Assembly: GCA_965140705.1 (NCBI GenBank)
Contig: OZ223301.1
Span: forward strand, 128,001-192,000
Length of the DNA stretch: 64,000 nucleotides
Source of the DNA: an uncultured Arcobacter sp.
GTDB lineage: Bacteria > Campylobacterota > Campylobacteria > Campylobacterales > Arcobacteraceae
Direction: 5' to 3'
Shown: piece by piece, positions 38,960-49,974 of the stretch
Layout of the letters: the number at the start of each line of letters is the position of its first letter
Numbering within the stretch: the first letter of the stretch is position 1
Translations under genes and position numbers: made by a program
The notes under the pieces: model-generated
What the model was told of the DNA's origin: nothing
The model's database searches: none
What the model saw: only the letters and a program-made list of their open reading frames with translations

Positions 38960-39060
38960 TTATAAAACCTTGTTTTTATTTTGAGATTAATATTAGCATA
39001 ATTGAACATATAAAAATCTAAATTGTTAAATCAAAGAGATTAAATTGTATAATCTTTTTT

Positions 39061-40698
39061 ATGATAAACAAAGATTCTATAGAAAATTTAAAAAATAATA
39101 TTGACATAGTTGATACAATCTCACAATTCCTACAGTTAAAAAAATCAGGTGCCAATTTTAAGGCTTGTTGTCCCTTTCATGGAGAGAGTACTCCCTCTTT
39201 TGTAGTTAGCCCTGCAAAACAGATATATCACTGTTTTGGTTGTGGAGCTGGAGGTGATTCTATTAAGTTTATAATGGAGTATGAAAAACTTTCATATCCA
39301 GAAGCTATTGAAAAATTAGCTAGCATGAATAATTTTACTTTAGTTTACGATGATACTAATCAAAAAAAACAAGATACAAAAGTAATTGAAGAGATTAATA
39401 AATACTATAAGAAAAATTTTGTAACTAATGATGTTGCAAAAGAGTATATAAAAAGTAGGGGTATTTATGAATCTTCAATAGAAAAGTTTGAAATAGGTTA
39501 TGCCCCAAGTTCTGGAGAGACTATAAATTATCTAAAATCAAATTTTTTAAATCTAAATGATGCAAAAGAACTAGGTATTATTGATACAGGAGCAAATGGT
39601 TTATATGCTAGATTTATAGAAAGAATCACTTTCCCTATTTATTCATTAAATGGTGGCTTAGTTGGTTTTGGTGGTAGAACAATCACTGGGCATAATGCAA
39701 AATATATAAATTCACCTCAAACTAAAATCTTCAATAAATCAAGACTTCTATATGGCTATAATTTATCAAAAGAGAAAATCTATAAGAAAAAAGAGATAAT
39801 AATTACAGAAGGTTATTTAGATGTAATAATGTTACATCAAGCTGGCTTTGATAATGCAGTTGCAACATTAGGAACTGCACTTACAAAAGATCATTTACCC
39901 ATACTAAAAAGAGGAGAACCAAGGGTTATTGTGGCATATGATGGGGATAATGCGGGATTAAATGCTGCCTTTAAAGCTTCTCAACTTATGGCTCACAATG
40001 ATTTTGAGGGTGGAGTTATTATTTTTGAAAAAGGCTTTGACCCAGCAGATATGGTAAAAGATGGAAAAATAGAAGAGTTAAATAAAATATTTTCTAAGCC
40101 AAAACCTTTTATTCCTTTTACAATTGATCATATAATTTCACAATTTGATTTAAGTGATCCACAAAATAAACAAAAAGCATTACATGAAGTAAATGAGTTT
40201 TTAAATACTTTAAATGCTATTTACCATGATGAATATTCAAGATATATTGCGCAAAAATTAAATATAAGAGAAAATTTAATAAAAATAACTAAGAGCACAA
40301 CAAATAGAAATAATAATGTACAATTATCAAAGGTAGATATTGGTGAACTTTGTATTATAAAAGCAATTCTAAATGATAAAAAAAGATTATCAAGTGTATT
40401 AGATATAATTGATGCTTCTATGTTTGAGTGCCATAAAAATGAGTTTGAAATATTATTAGCAAATATAGACGATGAAAGGTTAAATTCAATACTTTTGAAT
40501 GAGAGATTAGAAGATTATGATGATGAAAGACTAAATGCAGAACTATTAATTTTATTAGGAAAATTTTATTCAAATAAATTAAATGAAGTTTTATATGATA
40601 AAAACTATACTTTCAATGAAAAAAGTTCTTTAATTAGAAAAATAAGAGATAATATTTCAATGTTAAAAAAAGGTAAATTAATAACTTATAATTTATAA
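39061..40698 (+). CDS. dnaG: DNA primase
   Basis: CPFH...CFGC zinc finger, KYINSP, EGYLDV, YDGD.AG. Confidence 0.97.
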   Translation: MINKDSIENLKNNIDIVDTISQFLQLKKSGANFKACCPFHGESTPSFVVSPAKQIYHCFGCGAGGDSIKFIMEYEKLSYPEAIEKLASMNNFTLVYDDTNQKKQDTKVIEEINKYYKKNFVTNDVAKEYIKSRGIYESSIEKFEIGYAPSSGETINYLKSNFLNLNDAKELGIIDTGANGLYARFIERITFPIYSLNGGLVGFGGRTITGHNAKYINSPQTKIFNKSRLLYGYNLSKEKIYKKKEIIITEGYLDVIMLHQAGFDNAVATLGTALTKDHLPILKRGEPRVIVAYDGDNAGLNAAFKASQLMAHNDFEGGVIIFEKGFDPADMVKDGKIEELNKIFSKPKPFIPFTIDHIISQFDLSDPQNKQKALHEVNEFLNTLNAIYHDEYSRYIAQKLNIRENLIKITKSTTNRNNNVQLSKVDIGELCIIKAILNDKKRLSSVLDIIDASMFECHKNEFEILLANIDDERLNSILLNERLEDYDDERLNAELLILLGKFYSNKLNEVLYDKNYTFNEKSSLIRKIRDNISMLKKGKLITYNL

Positions 40699-40754
40699 AT
40701 TAATAGTCATAAAACTTTTTTTAAAGTAAAATTACAAAAATTTAAGGAAATATA

Positions 40755-41144
40755 ATGGAAATAATTAAAACAGAAAGTGCACCAGCTGCAATAGGACCTT
40801 ATTCTCAAGCAGTTAAATATAATGGATTAGTTTATACTTCTGGTCAAATTGCTCTTACTCCAGAAGGTGAGTTAGTTGAGAGAGATATAAAAAAACAAAC
40901 ACATCAAGTTTTAACAAATTTGCAAAATGTATTGGCAGAAGCAAATAGTTCTTTAGAAAAAGTTTTAAAAGTTACAATTTATTTAGAAAATATGGAAGAT
41001 TTTGGTATTGTAAATGTCATTTATGGGGAATATTTTGGTGATCATAAGCCAGCAAGAAGTACAGTTGCTGTAAAAACTTTACCAAAAAATGTTTTAGTTG
41101 AAATGGATACAATTGCTATTTGTGATGATCTAATTAACCTATAA
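40755..41144 (+). CDS. ridA: RidA/YjgF-family deaminase
   Basis: APAAIGPYSQA, SGQI, PARSTV.V..LP. Confidence 0.93.
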   Translation: MEIIKTESAPAAIGPYSQAVKYNGLVYTSGQIALTPEGELVERDIKKQTHQVLTNLQNVLAEANSSLEKVLKVTIYLENMEDFGIVNVIYGEYFGDHKPARSTVAVKTLPKNVLVEMDTIAICDDLINL

Positions 41145-41243
41145 TGATTTTTCGCTTAAAGTTAATTTAAACTAACATTTGGTAACATTCCGTCCCGTTA
41201 AATAAGAAAGTTACTAAAGAATTGATAAGTTAGAGGAAAAGAT

Positions 41244-41561
41244 ATGTATGCAATTATAAAGTGTGGTGGTAAGCAGTATAAGGTTTCAGAAGGCGATATA
41301 ATCGATATCGACTATACTGGAAAAGCTGCAAAAGAAGCTCTAGAAATTACTGATGTATTAGCAGTAAATGATGGAGAATTAAAATGTGGTGATGCTATCT
41401 CAACTGCTAAAGTAGAAGCAGAAGTAGTATTAGACGGTACTGGTGCAAATAGAGACAGAAAAGTTCTTATTTACAAAAAAAGAAGAAGAAAAGATTCTAA
41501 ATTGAAAAAAGGTTTCAGAAGAAGCTTTACAAAAATTAGAATTACTAAAATAGCTGCATAA
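41244..41561 (+). CDS. rplU: 50S ribosomal protein L21
   Basis: MYAIIK.GGKQYKV; KKRRRK...KKGFRR. Confidence 0.97.
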   Translation: MYAIIKCGGKQYKVSEGDIIDIDYTGKAAKEALEITDVLAVNDGELKCGDAISTAKVEAEVVLDGTGANRDRKVLIYKKRRRKDSKLKKGFRRSFTKIRITKIAA

Positions 41562-41572
41562 GGAGATAGACT

Positions 41573-41827
41573 ATGGCTCATAAAAAGGGACAAGGTAGTA
41601 CACAGAATAATAGAGACTCAGCTGGTAGAAGACTTGGAGTTAAAAAATATGGTGGGGAAGCTGTAAAAGCTGGAAATATCATAATCAGACAAAGAGGTAC
41701 TAAAATTCATGTTGGTAACAATGTTGGTATTGGTAAAGACCACACAATTTTTGCTTTAATTGACGGAGTTGTAAAATTCGAAGTTAAAGATAAAGATAGA
41801 AAAAAAGTTTCAGTTTACGCTTCGTAA
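41573..41827 (+). CDS. rpmA: 50S ribosomal protein L27
   Basis: [22 protein letters not shown]. Confidence 0.98.
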   Translation: MAHKKGQGSTQNNRDSAGRRLGVKKYGGEAVKAGNIIIRQRGTKIHVGNNVGIGKDHTIFALIDGVVKFEVKDKDRKKVSVYAS

Positions 41828-41847
41828 GTTAAACTTCTTTTTGTTTT

Positions 41848-41884
41848 AAAAGGGTGTAGTGCATTTGCCTACACCCTTTTTTTT
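41848..41884 (+). terminator. Intrinsic terminator after rpmA
   Basis: aaaagggtgtag/ctacaccctttt stem plus T run. Confidence 0.85.
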
Positions 41885-41965
41885 AGTTTATAATTATTGT
41901 TAAATACAAGCAGTTGTACTTAATAATAGTTATAATTACATAAGTATATATTTTAAAGGTTTGTA

Positions 41966-43057
41966 ATGTTTATAGATAGCGTAAAATTTAGTATTTCTTC
42001 TGGAAAAGGTGGGCAAGGATGTGCCTCATTTAGAAGAGAAAAATTCGTAGTAAAGGGTGGACCTGATGGTGGAGATGGAGGAAAAGGTGGAGATGTCTGT
42101 TTTGTTGTAGACAATAACACTGATACTTTATCTTGGTACAAAGGTAAACATAAATTAAAAGCTGATAATGGAAAACCAGGACTAGGGAGTAGATGTACTG
42201 GAAAAAGTGGAGAGACTTTACTTTTAGTAGTTCCTCCTGGAACTCAGATAATCAATGATGATACGAATGAAGTTATTGCAGACTTATTAGAAGAGGGTGA
42301 TAAAAAACTTTTACTTGAAGGTGGGAAAGGTGGACTAGGTAATACTCACTTTAAAAATTCAAGAAATCAAAGACCAACATATTTTCAACCAGGACTTCCA
42401 GGTGAGACTATGAATATAAGATTAGAATTAAAATTGATTGCTGATGTTGGGCTTGTTGGTTATCCAAATGTTGGAAAATCAACACTAATATCAACTACAT
42501 CAAACGCAACTCCTGAAGTTGCAAATTATGAATTCACTACCTTAACTCCAAAATTAGGTGTTGTAGAAGTTGGTGATTTTAATTCTTTTGTTATGGCAGA
42601 CATTCCAGGAATTATTGATGGCGCAAGTGAAGGTAAGGGCTTAGGATTAGAGTTTCTAAGACATATTGAGCGAACAAAAACATTACTTTTTACTATTGAT
42701 ATTACTAATTATAGAAATACACTTGATCAATTTAATGTTTTAAAAGAAGAGTTAGAAAAATTTTCGAGTGATTTAAGTAAAAGAAATTTTGCTATAGCAT
42801 TAACAAAAACTGATGCTTATTATGGTGAAGATTTAAGTGCTGATATAACTAAATTTATAAATGAACTAGGTTTAGAAGTTACAAAATCAAATGAGTTTGG
42901 TTTTGATAAAGAATTACCATATTATATTCAAGACACAGTTTATGAAAAATTTGATAGAAATAAGCCATTTTTTATATTACCAATTTCATCTGTAACTCAT
43001 AATAATATTGGTGCTTTAAAATTTGCTTTACATAATTTAATTACTCAAGGTAAGTAA
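41966..43057 (+). CDS. obgE: GTPase ObgE/CgtA
   Basis: Gly-rich Obg domain, [19 protein letters not shown]. Confidence 0.97.
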   Translation: MFIDSVKFSISSGKGGQGCASFRREKFVVKGGPDGGDGGKGGDVCFVVDNNTDTLSWYKGKHKLKADNGKPGLGSRCTGKSGETLLLVVPPGTQIINDDTNEVIADLLEEGDKKLLLEGGKGGLGNTHFKNSRNQRPTYFQPGLPGETMNIRLELKLIADVGLVGYPNVGKSTLISTTSNATPEVANYEFTTLTPKLGVVEVGDFNSFVMADIPGIIDGASEGKGLGLEFLRHIERTKTLLFTIDITNYRNTLDQFNVLKEELEKFSSDLSKRNFAIALTKTDAYYGEDLSADITKFINELGLEVTKSNEFGFDKELPYYIQDTVYEKFDRNKPFFILPISSVTHNNIGALKFALHNLITQGK

Positions 43058-43822
43058 ATGAAACGAATAGTTATTAAAGTAGGGAGTGCTGTTTTACGAG
43101 AGGGCAGCCTTCTCGCAGTAGAGCGACTAAATAATTTAGTTGACTTAATAGCAAAATTAAAATTAGAAAAAAAATATGAGATTATTTTAGTCTCTTCAGG
43201 AGCTGTTGCTGCTGGAAATATAAGTTTAGAATTAGATAAAACAAAGGTTTTAAATCGACAAGCCCTAGCAGCTATTGGACAACCTTTATTGATGAAACAC
43301 TATAAAAAAAGATTTAGAGAACATGGTTTTACTTGTGCCCAAATGCTTCTTGTAGCAAATGATTTTGATTCTAGAAAAAGATGTGCAAATGCAAAAGGTG
43401 TAATGGAGATTTTATTAGAAAATAATATTATTCCTATTTTAAATGAAAATGATGTAATTGCAAATGAAGAACTTCTAATAGGTGATAATGACCAATTAGG
43501 TGCACATGCAGCGATTTTCTTTGATGCAGATATGTTAGTAATACTTTCTGATGTTGAAGGCTTGTATGATTGCAATCCCCATGAAAACCCAGAAGCAAAA
43601 ATGAGAAAAATAGTTAGCTTTTTAAGAGAAGATGAGTTAGAGATGAAACATAGTCCAAACTCAGAGTTTGCAACAGGTGGGATTGTTACAAAACTAAAAG
43701 CTGCAAATCTTTTATTAAAAAATGACAAAATGATGTATCTTTCTTCTGGGTTTGATTTAACAAATGCATATGATTTTTTATTAAATGGAAATCATAAAAG
43801 TGGAACTCTATTTAAAAAATAA
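43058..43822 (+). CDS. proB: Glutamate 5-kinase (no PUA domain)
   Basis: VIKVGS, VSSGAV, NEND, GDNDQL, TGG..TKL. Confidence 0.95.
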   Translation: MKRIVIKVGSAVLREGSLLAVERLNNLVDLIAKLKLEKKYEIILVSSGAVAAGNISLELDKTKVLNRQALAAIGQPLLMKHYKKRFREHGFTCAQMLLVANDFDSRKRCANAKGVMEILLENNIIPILNENDVIANEELLIGDNDQLGAHAAIFFDADMLVILSDVEGLYDCNPHENPEAKMRKIVSFLREDELEMKHSPNSEFATGGIVTKLKAANLLLKNDKMMYLSSGFDLTNAYDFLLNGNHKSGTLFKK

Positions 43823-43831
43823 AGGAATATT

Positions 43832-44752
43832 ATGGGTAAAAGAATACTATTTATGGGAACGCCTGATTATGCTACAAAAATCTTTGTTGAGATTTTAAAT
43901 AGTTCTTATGAAATAGTAGGGCTTTTTACTCAACCAGATAAACCTATTGGTAGAAAACAAATTATAACAGCTCCTCATATTAAACAATTTTGCATAGATA
44001 ATAATTTAAATATTCCAATTTACCAACCTGAAAAATTAAGAAATAATAAAGAAGTAAAAGAACAAATTGAAGCCTTAAATCCAGATTTTATAATTGTGGC
44101 TGCTTACGGGCAAATTTTGCCAAAAGAAATTTTAGATATAGCTCCATGCATTAATTTACATGCTTCATTACTACCAAAATATAGAGGTGCAAGTCCTATT
44201 CAAGAATCACTTTTAAATGGAGATACTTATACAGGTGTAACTTCTATGCTAATGGCAGAGGGACTTGATAGTGGTGATATTTTGGGATTGAAATATTTTA
44301 AAATACCTCAAACTATGGAAGTAGCAGAACTATTTTCCAAACTCTCGCAACTAGCTTCTAAACTTACAATTGAGACTTTAGATAATTTTGAAAAAATAAG
44401 TCCAAAAGTTCAAAATGAAGTAAATGTTAGTTATTGTAAAAAGATAAAAAAAGAGCATGGTGAAGTAAGTTTTGAAAATGCAGAAAAGCTTTATAGAAAA
44501 TATAAAGCTTACTCTTACTGGCCTGGTGTTTATTTAAAATCAGGGCTTAAATTAAAAGATATTTCGCTTGTGGAAAATAACTCTTCAAATAATGCGGGTG
44601 AAATATTAGCTATTGAAGATAATGGCGTAATTATAGCTTGTGAAAAGGGTAGTTTAAAAATTGCTACATTACAAGCTCCTTCAAAAAAGGCAATTAGTGC
44701 AGTTGATTATATACGAGGTCAAAGAGTCTCTATAGGGAGTCTTTTAATTTAA
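43832..44752 (+). CDS. fmt: Methionyl-tRNA formyltransferase
   Basis: FMGTPD, TQPDKP.GR, INLHASLLPKYRGASPI. Confidence 0.96.
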   Translation: MGKRILFMGTPDYATKIFVEILNSSYEIVGLFTQPDKPIGRKQIITAPHIKQFCIDNNLNIPIYQPEKLRNNKEVKEQIEALNPDFIIVAAYGQILPKEILDIAPCINLHASLLPKYRGASPIQESLLNGDTYTGVTSMLMAEGLDSGDILGLKYFKIPQTMEVAELFSKLSQLASKLTIETLDNFEKISPKVQNEVNVSYCKKIKKEHGEVSFENAEKLYRKYKAYSYWPGVYLKSGLKLKDISLVENNSSNNAGEILAIEDNGVIIACEKGSLKIATLQAPSKKAISAVDYIRGQRVSIGSLLI

Positions 44753-44795
44753 TTTATTATATCATTACTAAATAATTTCAATAGAAGTAATAAAT

Positions 44796-46181
44796 ATGAA
44801 AAAAAGTAAAAATCGCTACAATGTTTACGATCTAAAACTTTTCAATATAGATGATTTTGATATTTTATTACATAAGATACTAAAGCAAGTAAGAGAAATA
44901 ATTAGTGCAGAAGCAGGAACTATTTATACTGTTAATGATAATTCTTTGAGCTTTAATGTTTTTCAAAATGACTCTATGACTTATGAAGATATCTTTTTTC
45001 AATACAAAAAACTAAAAGATATAAAATTCCCCCTTGACCCAAACTCAAAATACCTTGCAGTTGATGCTTATATGAGTGAAAAAATAATAATTGTAAATGA
45101 TGTTTATAAAACTAAAAGATATGAATTTTTAGGTGTAAAAGAGTACGATAAAGCTAATAATTACATAACACATTCCATAATCACAGCTCCAATAATACAT
45201 CCAATTGAAAATAAAAAGTTAGGTGTGATTCAACTTATAAATAAGATTGATGATGGTGATACTTTTGATTTTAATGAGAAAGATAAAGATACTTTAGCAA
45301 TGGCAAGTTCTTTGATTGCTTTGTCAATTTGTCAAGCCCATGATGACTTCCTTAGATTAAAAGAGTTAAATGATGAATTAAAAATAGCAAATGAAAAATT
45401 AACAAAAAAAGTTGAGTATGAAATAGGTGAGAATGAGAAAAAATCAGCAATAATATTTCATCAGTCAAAGTTAGCATCGATGGGAGAGATGATTGGTAAT
45501 ATTGCCCATCAATGGAGACAACCATTAAGTGCTATTAGTACATTAGCTAGTGCACTTAGTTTTAATTTAGAATTGAATATTTCTGATAAAAATAAAACTA
45601 TTGAAACTTTAGATAAAATTGTTGATACTACTAGATATCTCTCCGATACTATTGATGATTTTAGAAATTTTTACAAAATTGATAAATACGAAAAAACTTT
45701 TAATATAGCAAAAAACTTACATCAAAGTGTATCTATAATTGATGTTGTTTTATCAGAAGAGGATATTGAACTAATATTTGATTTGGATGAGAGTATTAAT
45801 TATTTTGGATTAGAAAATGAATTAAAACAAGCTATTTTAAATATTTTACAAAATGCAAAAGATGCTTTTCATACTAATATGAATAAAAGTACTAAAAATA
45901 AGTTCATTTTTATTACATTAGAAAAAATCGATGATATAATATTTATAAAAATTAAAGATAATGCAGGTGGAATAAAAGAGAATATTTTAGAAAAAATATT
46001 TACAAAAGATTTTACTACAAAAGATGAACATAAAGGTACAGGTATAGGCTTGTATATGACAAAAGTAATTATTGATAAAAGTTTTGGTGGTACAATAAAA
46101 GCTGAGAACTGTACCTTTGAATATAAAGGTATTCAATGTACAGGAGCTTTGTTTACTATTGAGTTTCAAGCCAAGAAGTAA
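44796..46181 (+). CDS. Cytoplasmic GAF-domain histidine kinase
   Basis: GAF (D....Y.T.S....P, GVIQLINK), IAHQWRQPL, DNAGG, GTGIGLY. Confidence 0.88.
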   Translation: MKKSKNRYNVYDLKLFNIDDFDILLHKILKQVREIISAEAGTIYTVNDNSLSFNVFQNDSMTYEDIFFQYKKLKDIKFPLDPNSKYLAVDAYMSEKIIIVNDVYKTKRYEFLGVKEYDKANNYITHSIITAPIIHPIENKKLGVIQLINKIDDGDTFDFNEKDKDTLAMASSLIALSICQAHDDFLRLKELNDELKIANEKLTKKVEYEIGENEKKSAIIFHQSKLASMGEMIGNIAHQWRQPLSAISTLASALSFNLELNISDKNKTIETLDKIVDTTRYLSDTIDDFRNFYKIDKYEKTFNIAKNLHQSVSIIDVVLSEEDIELIFDLDESINYFGLENELKQAILNILQNAKDAFHTNMNKSTKNKFIFITLEKIDDIIFIKIKDNAGGIKENILEKIFTKDFTTKDEHKGTGIGLYMTKVIIDKSFGGTIKAENCTFEYKGIQCTGALFTIEFQAKK

Positions 46182-47059
46182 TAAAAGCCAGTTACACTTA
46201 ATAGGGAAAGTAAAACACCAATAACTAAAGCATTTACTGCTAACCTTTCATCTAATCCACCTTGAATAGCTAAAATTACAGCCATGGTCATTGGTGGCAT
46301 TGCAACTTCTAATATTGTAGTTTTACTCCAAATATCATCAAGATTATAAAACATTGAAAATCCTATCATTACAAGTATTGGCATTAAAAACATTTTTATT
46401 CCAAGAAGTAAACTAACAGTTTTAAATTTATAAAAAATATTTTTTACTTCTAATTTCATACCAATAGCAATCATTGCTACAGGTACAACTGTGGCACCTA
46501 TTGCACTTGCAGTGTTCATTACAAAAGTAGGAACTGTAAAAAACTTTAAAATAATAGTGACAAAAAACATAATAATAGGTGGGAAAAATAGTACTTTTCT
46601 AGTCATAGCTTTAAATTTTACAAGCTCACCACTCCCCCAGTTTACAATAACAGAGCCCAATGAAACTACTAATAAAAAAGAACCAAAAAGATCATATATA
46701 AGAGCATATACCACATAATCTTGACCATAAAAAGCATCAATATATGAAAATCCTACAAAAGAGGTATTACCAAAAGTTCCAACAACCATAAAAGTTGCTA
46801 AGGTTTTTTTCTCAAATTTTAAGAATTTACCAACAATATATGTCAAAACTAGATTTATTAAGATTATAGTATTAAACATAAATATCATATTTAAAAATTT
46901 GAGATCTAAAGTAAGTGGATAAATTTTTATAAAAACCATTGCTGGAAGTGAAAAATATATAACAAAATCGACTAAAGCTTGAGAATTGTCTTTTATAAAA
47001 ATTTTAAAAAAGTATCCTATCATTAAATATAAAGCAATTGGTAAAACCGGATCTAACAT
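46166..47059 (-). CDS. AEC-family transporter
   Basis: SLPA..F, FGNTSFVG, LEVAMPP; about 10 TMs. Confidence 0.85.
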   Translation of the reverse strand: MLDPVLPIALYLMIGYFFKIFIKDNSQALVDFVIYFSLPAMVFIKIYPLTLDLKFLNMIFMFNTIILINLVLTYIVGKFLKFEKKTLATFMVVGTFGNTSFVGFSYIDAFYGQDYVVYALIYDLFGSFLLVVSLGSVIVNWGSGELVKFKAMTRKVLFFPPIIMFFVTIILKFFTVPTFVMNTASAIGATVVPVAMIAIGMKLEVKNIFYKFKTVSLLLGIKMFLMPILVMIGFSMFYNLDDIWSKTTILEVAMPPMTMAVILAIQGGLDERLAVNALVIGVLLSLLSVTGFYYFLA

Positions 47060-47141
47060 TATCTCTCCAAATTAAAAAGTAAATATTATATATATAACTT
47101 CATTAATATGAACTTGTAGATTAATTTAGTACAATACATTT

Positions 47142-47777
47142 ATGGAAATTAGATATTTAGAAAGTGTTGATTCTACACATACATATTTAAAAGAATATAT
47201 AAAAAGTAATGGTTTTTCCCACAGTTTATGTTTTTATACCCAAGAACAAACAGCAGGAATAGGTAGTCGAGGTAATTCATGGGTAGGAACAAAGGGAAAT
47301 TTATTTTTTTCTTTTGTAATAAAACAAGATGATTTGCCATTTGATTTAGAAATACAAAGTGCATCAATTTATTTTTCTTTTATTTTAAAAGATATATTAA
47401 AAAAATTTGGCTCAGAAGTTTGGCTTAAATGGCCAAATGATTTTTACATTAATAATTATAAAATTGGTGGAACTATAACCTCTGTCTCAAACGGTTTAGT
47501 TTATTGTGGAATAGGTTTAAATTTAAATAATGTTAATAGTGAGTTCTTAAAACTAGATATACAAATAGATATAAAAGAATTATTTAAATTATATTTCCAA
47601 AATATTGAAAAAAAGATTCTGTGGGAGGATATTTTAAAAGAATATGTGGTAGAATTCGAAAGAAGTAAAAATTTATACGCAACAATTAACAATGAAAAAT
47701 TACCCTTAATCAATGCACACTTAAATAGTGATGGTTCGATAAATATTAATAATAAAAAGGTTTTTAGTCTAAGATGA
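47142..47777 (+). CDS. birA: Biotin-protein ligase
   Basis: DSTH, QTAGIGSRGNSW, LKWPND, KIGG. Confidence 0.93.
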   Translation: MEIRYLESVDSTHTYLKEYIKSNGFSHSLCFYTQEQTAGIGSRGNSWVGTKGNLFFSFVIKQDDLPFDLEIQSASIYFSFILKDILKKFGSEVWLKWPNDFYINNYKIGGTITSVSNGLVYCGIGLNLNNVNSEFLKLDIQIDIKELFKLYFQNIEKKILWEDILKEYVVEFERSKNLYATINNEKLPLINAHLNSDGSININNKKVFSLR

Positions 47778-48553
47778 TGGCAGAAGTAATAACAATAGCA
47801 AATCAAAAAGGTGGAGTTGGAAAGACAACTACAGCTGTGAATTTAAGTGCAGCTTTGGCCTTACAAGGGAAGAAAGTATTATTAATAGATGCAGATCCAC
47901 AAGCAAATGCAACTACAAGTTTAGGGTTTCACAGAGATACCTATGAATATAATATTTATCACGTTATGCTTGGAACAAAAGAATTAAATGAGATTATACT
48001 AGACTCAGAAATTGATAATTTAAAAGTAGCACCTTCAAATATCGGTTTAGTTGGTATTGAAAGAGAATTCTATAAAAATACAAAAGATAGGGAATTGATT
48101 TTAAAAAGAAAAATTGATCCTATTAAAAAAGATTTTGATTATATTATTATTGATTCACCTCCAGCACTAGGACCTATTACAATTAATACATTAAGTGCTT
48201 CTAATTCTGTTTTAATACCAATTCAATGTGAGTTTTTTGCCCTTGAAGGTTTGGCACAATTACTTAATACAATAAAATTAGTAAAACAAACTATTAATAG
48301 ACAATTACAAATAAGAGGATTCCTTCCTACTATGTATAGTGCACAAAATAACCTTGCAAAACAAGTATTTGCAGACCTTGCACAACATTTTGAAAGTAAA
48401 TTATTTAAAATTGATGGTAGTTCATATGTGGTAATACCAAGAAATATTAAATTAGCAGAAAGCCCAAGTTTTGGAAAACCAATTATGCTTTATGATGCGG
48501 CAGCAATTGGAACAAAAGCTTATACAAATTTAGCAAAAGCAATAGCAGGATAA
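47774..48553 (+). CDS. parA: Chromosome partitioning ATPase ParA/Soj
   Basis: NQKGGVGKTTT, DADPQAN, PIQCEFFALEG, LAESPSFG. Confidence 0.96.
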   Translation: MMAEVITIANQKGGVGKTTTAVNLSAALALQGKKVLLIDADPQANATTSLGFHRDTYEYNIYHVMLGTKELNEIILDSEIDNLKVAPSNIGLVGIEREFYKNTKDRELILKRKIDPIKKDFDYIIIDSPPALGPITINTLSASNSVLIPIQCEFFALEGLAQLLNTIKLVKQTINRQLQIRGFLPTMYSAQNNLAKQVFADLAQHFESKLFKIDGSSYVVIPRNIKLAESPSFGKPIMLYDAAAIGTKAYTNLAKAIAG

Positions 48554-48556
48554 AAA

Positions 48557-49438
48557 ATGGCAAAAGCAGCATTAGGTAGAGGTTTAGGTGAACTATTAGG
48601 TGAAGTAGAATCAGCTTATGAAAGTAATAACAGTTCTTCTTCTAAAGAAAAGGGTATGGATATCTATTTAGATGTAAATAGTATCAAACCAAATCCCGCA
48701 CAACCTAGAAAAATATTTGATGAAGATAAATTAAAAGAATTAAGTGATTCTATTAAGGAACATGGACTTATTCAAGCTATTAGTGTAATTGAATCATCTG
48801 AATATGGTGAATATATTTTAATCGCTGGTGAGAGAAGATTAAGAGCTCATAAATTAGCTAATATTGATAAAATTAAAGCAAATATTTTAGATATTGATAA
48901 TGATAAATTAAGAGAAATTGCTTTAATTGAAAATATTCAAAGAGATGATTTAAATGTAATTGAATTAGCATATTCTTATGCACAACTTATAAACGAACAC
49001 TCTTTAACACATGAAGAATTATCAACAAAAGTTTTTAAAAGTAGAACATCTATAACAAATACATTAAGACTGTTACAATTATCTTCTTATGTTCAACAAA
49101 TGTTAGCTAATGACAAAATTACTGCTGGACATGCAAAAATAATGGTAGGACTTGATGAAGAGGTACAAAGAAAAGTTACCGATAGTATCATTGGACAAAA
49201 ATTGTCTGTAAGAGAAACAGAACAATTAATAAAAGACATTAAAAAACCTGAAACAACTTCAACTAAAAAAGCTAAATCATCACCTAAAAATTATGATTTA
49301 AAACCTTTAAATGGTATAGTTGATGAACTATCAAAAAACAATTTAAAGGTTAAATTAGAAAAAAATTGTTTTAAGATAGAAATCAAATCTCAAGAGGATA
49401 TTGAAAAGATATCTAATTACTTTCGTAACACTTTATAA
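48557..49438 (+). CDS. parB: Chromosome partitioning protein ParB/Spo0J
   Basis: LGRGL, QPRK.F, AGERRLRA, ENIQRDDL. Confidence 0.96.
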   Translation: MAKAALGRGLGELLGEVESAYESNNSSSSKEKGMDIYLDVNSIKPNPAQPRKIFDEDKLKELSDSIKEHGLIQAISVIESSEYGEYILIAGERRLRAHKLANIDKIKANILDIDNDKLREIALIENIQRDDLNVIELAYSYAQLINEHSLTHEELSTKVFKSRTSITNTLRLLQLSSYVQQMLANDKITAGHAKIMVGLDEEVQRKVTDSIIGQKLSVRETEQLIKDIKKPETTSTKKAKSSPKNYDLKPLNGIVDELSKNNLKVKLEKNCFKIEIKSQEDIEKISNYFRNTL

Positions 49439-49541
49439 AATTTATCTAACATTTTGACCCATTTAATAAAAATTTATATAATATTTCGCTAAAATTTATA
49501 AGTTTTAGTCAAACTAAACTGTAAAAAATATGGAGGAATGA

Positions 49542-49964
49542 ATGTTAGACATAAGTCCTGTATTGTTGCTTAGCTCTGGTATTATTTTCTTATTAGTACT
49601 TGCCAGACTAAACAGTTGTCTATTTACACCTCTACTAAAGCATATGGATGAAAGAGCAAAATCTATCAAAACTGATTTAGAGAATGCAAAGTCAAATACT
49701 GCTGATGTAGATGGAATGCTAGCTGAAGCGAATGATGTTATTGCAAAAGCTAAAAAAGAAGCTGCTGTAATTAGAGAAGAAGCTTTTAATGAAGCTAAAA
49801 AAGTTGCTGATTCTAAATTGGAAGCTGCCAAATCAGATATTGAAACAAAATATTCTGATTTTAAAGATTCTTTAGATAAAGATTCAAAAGCTTTAAAAGA
49901 TTCGTTAATTGCTGCAATGCCTCAATTTAATGAGAGCTTAAAAGCTAAGTTAAGCTCAATATAA
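49542..49964 (+). CDS. F0F1 ATP synthase subunit B'
   Basis: N-terminal TM plus coiled coil; first gene of the atp cluster. Confidence 0.9.
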   Translation: MLDISPVLLLSSGIIFLLVLARLNSCLFTPLLKHMDERAKSIKTDLENAKSNTADVDGMLAEANDVIAKAKKEAAVIREEAFNEAKKVADSKLEAAKSDIETKYSDFKDSLDKDSKALKDSLIAAMPQFNESLKAKLSSI

Positions 49965-49974
49965 GGGAGAAGAA

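Noticed and set aside
47774..49541. parS site near parAB
   Set aside because: I saw no convincing TGTTTCACGTGAAACA-like palindrome
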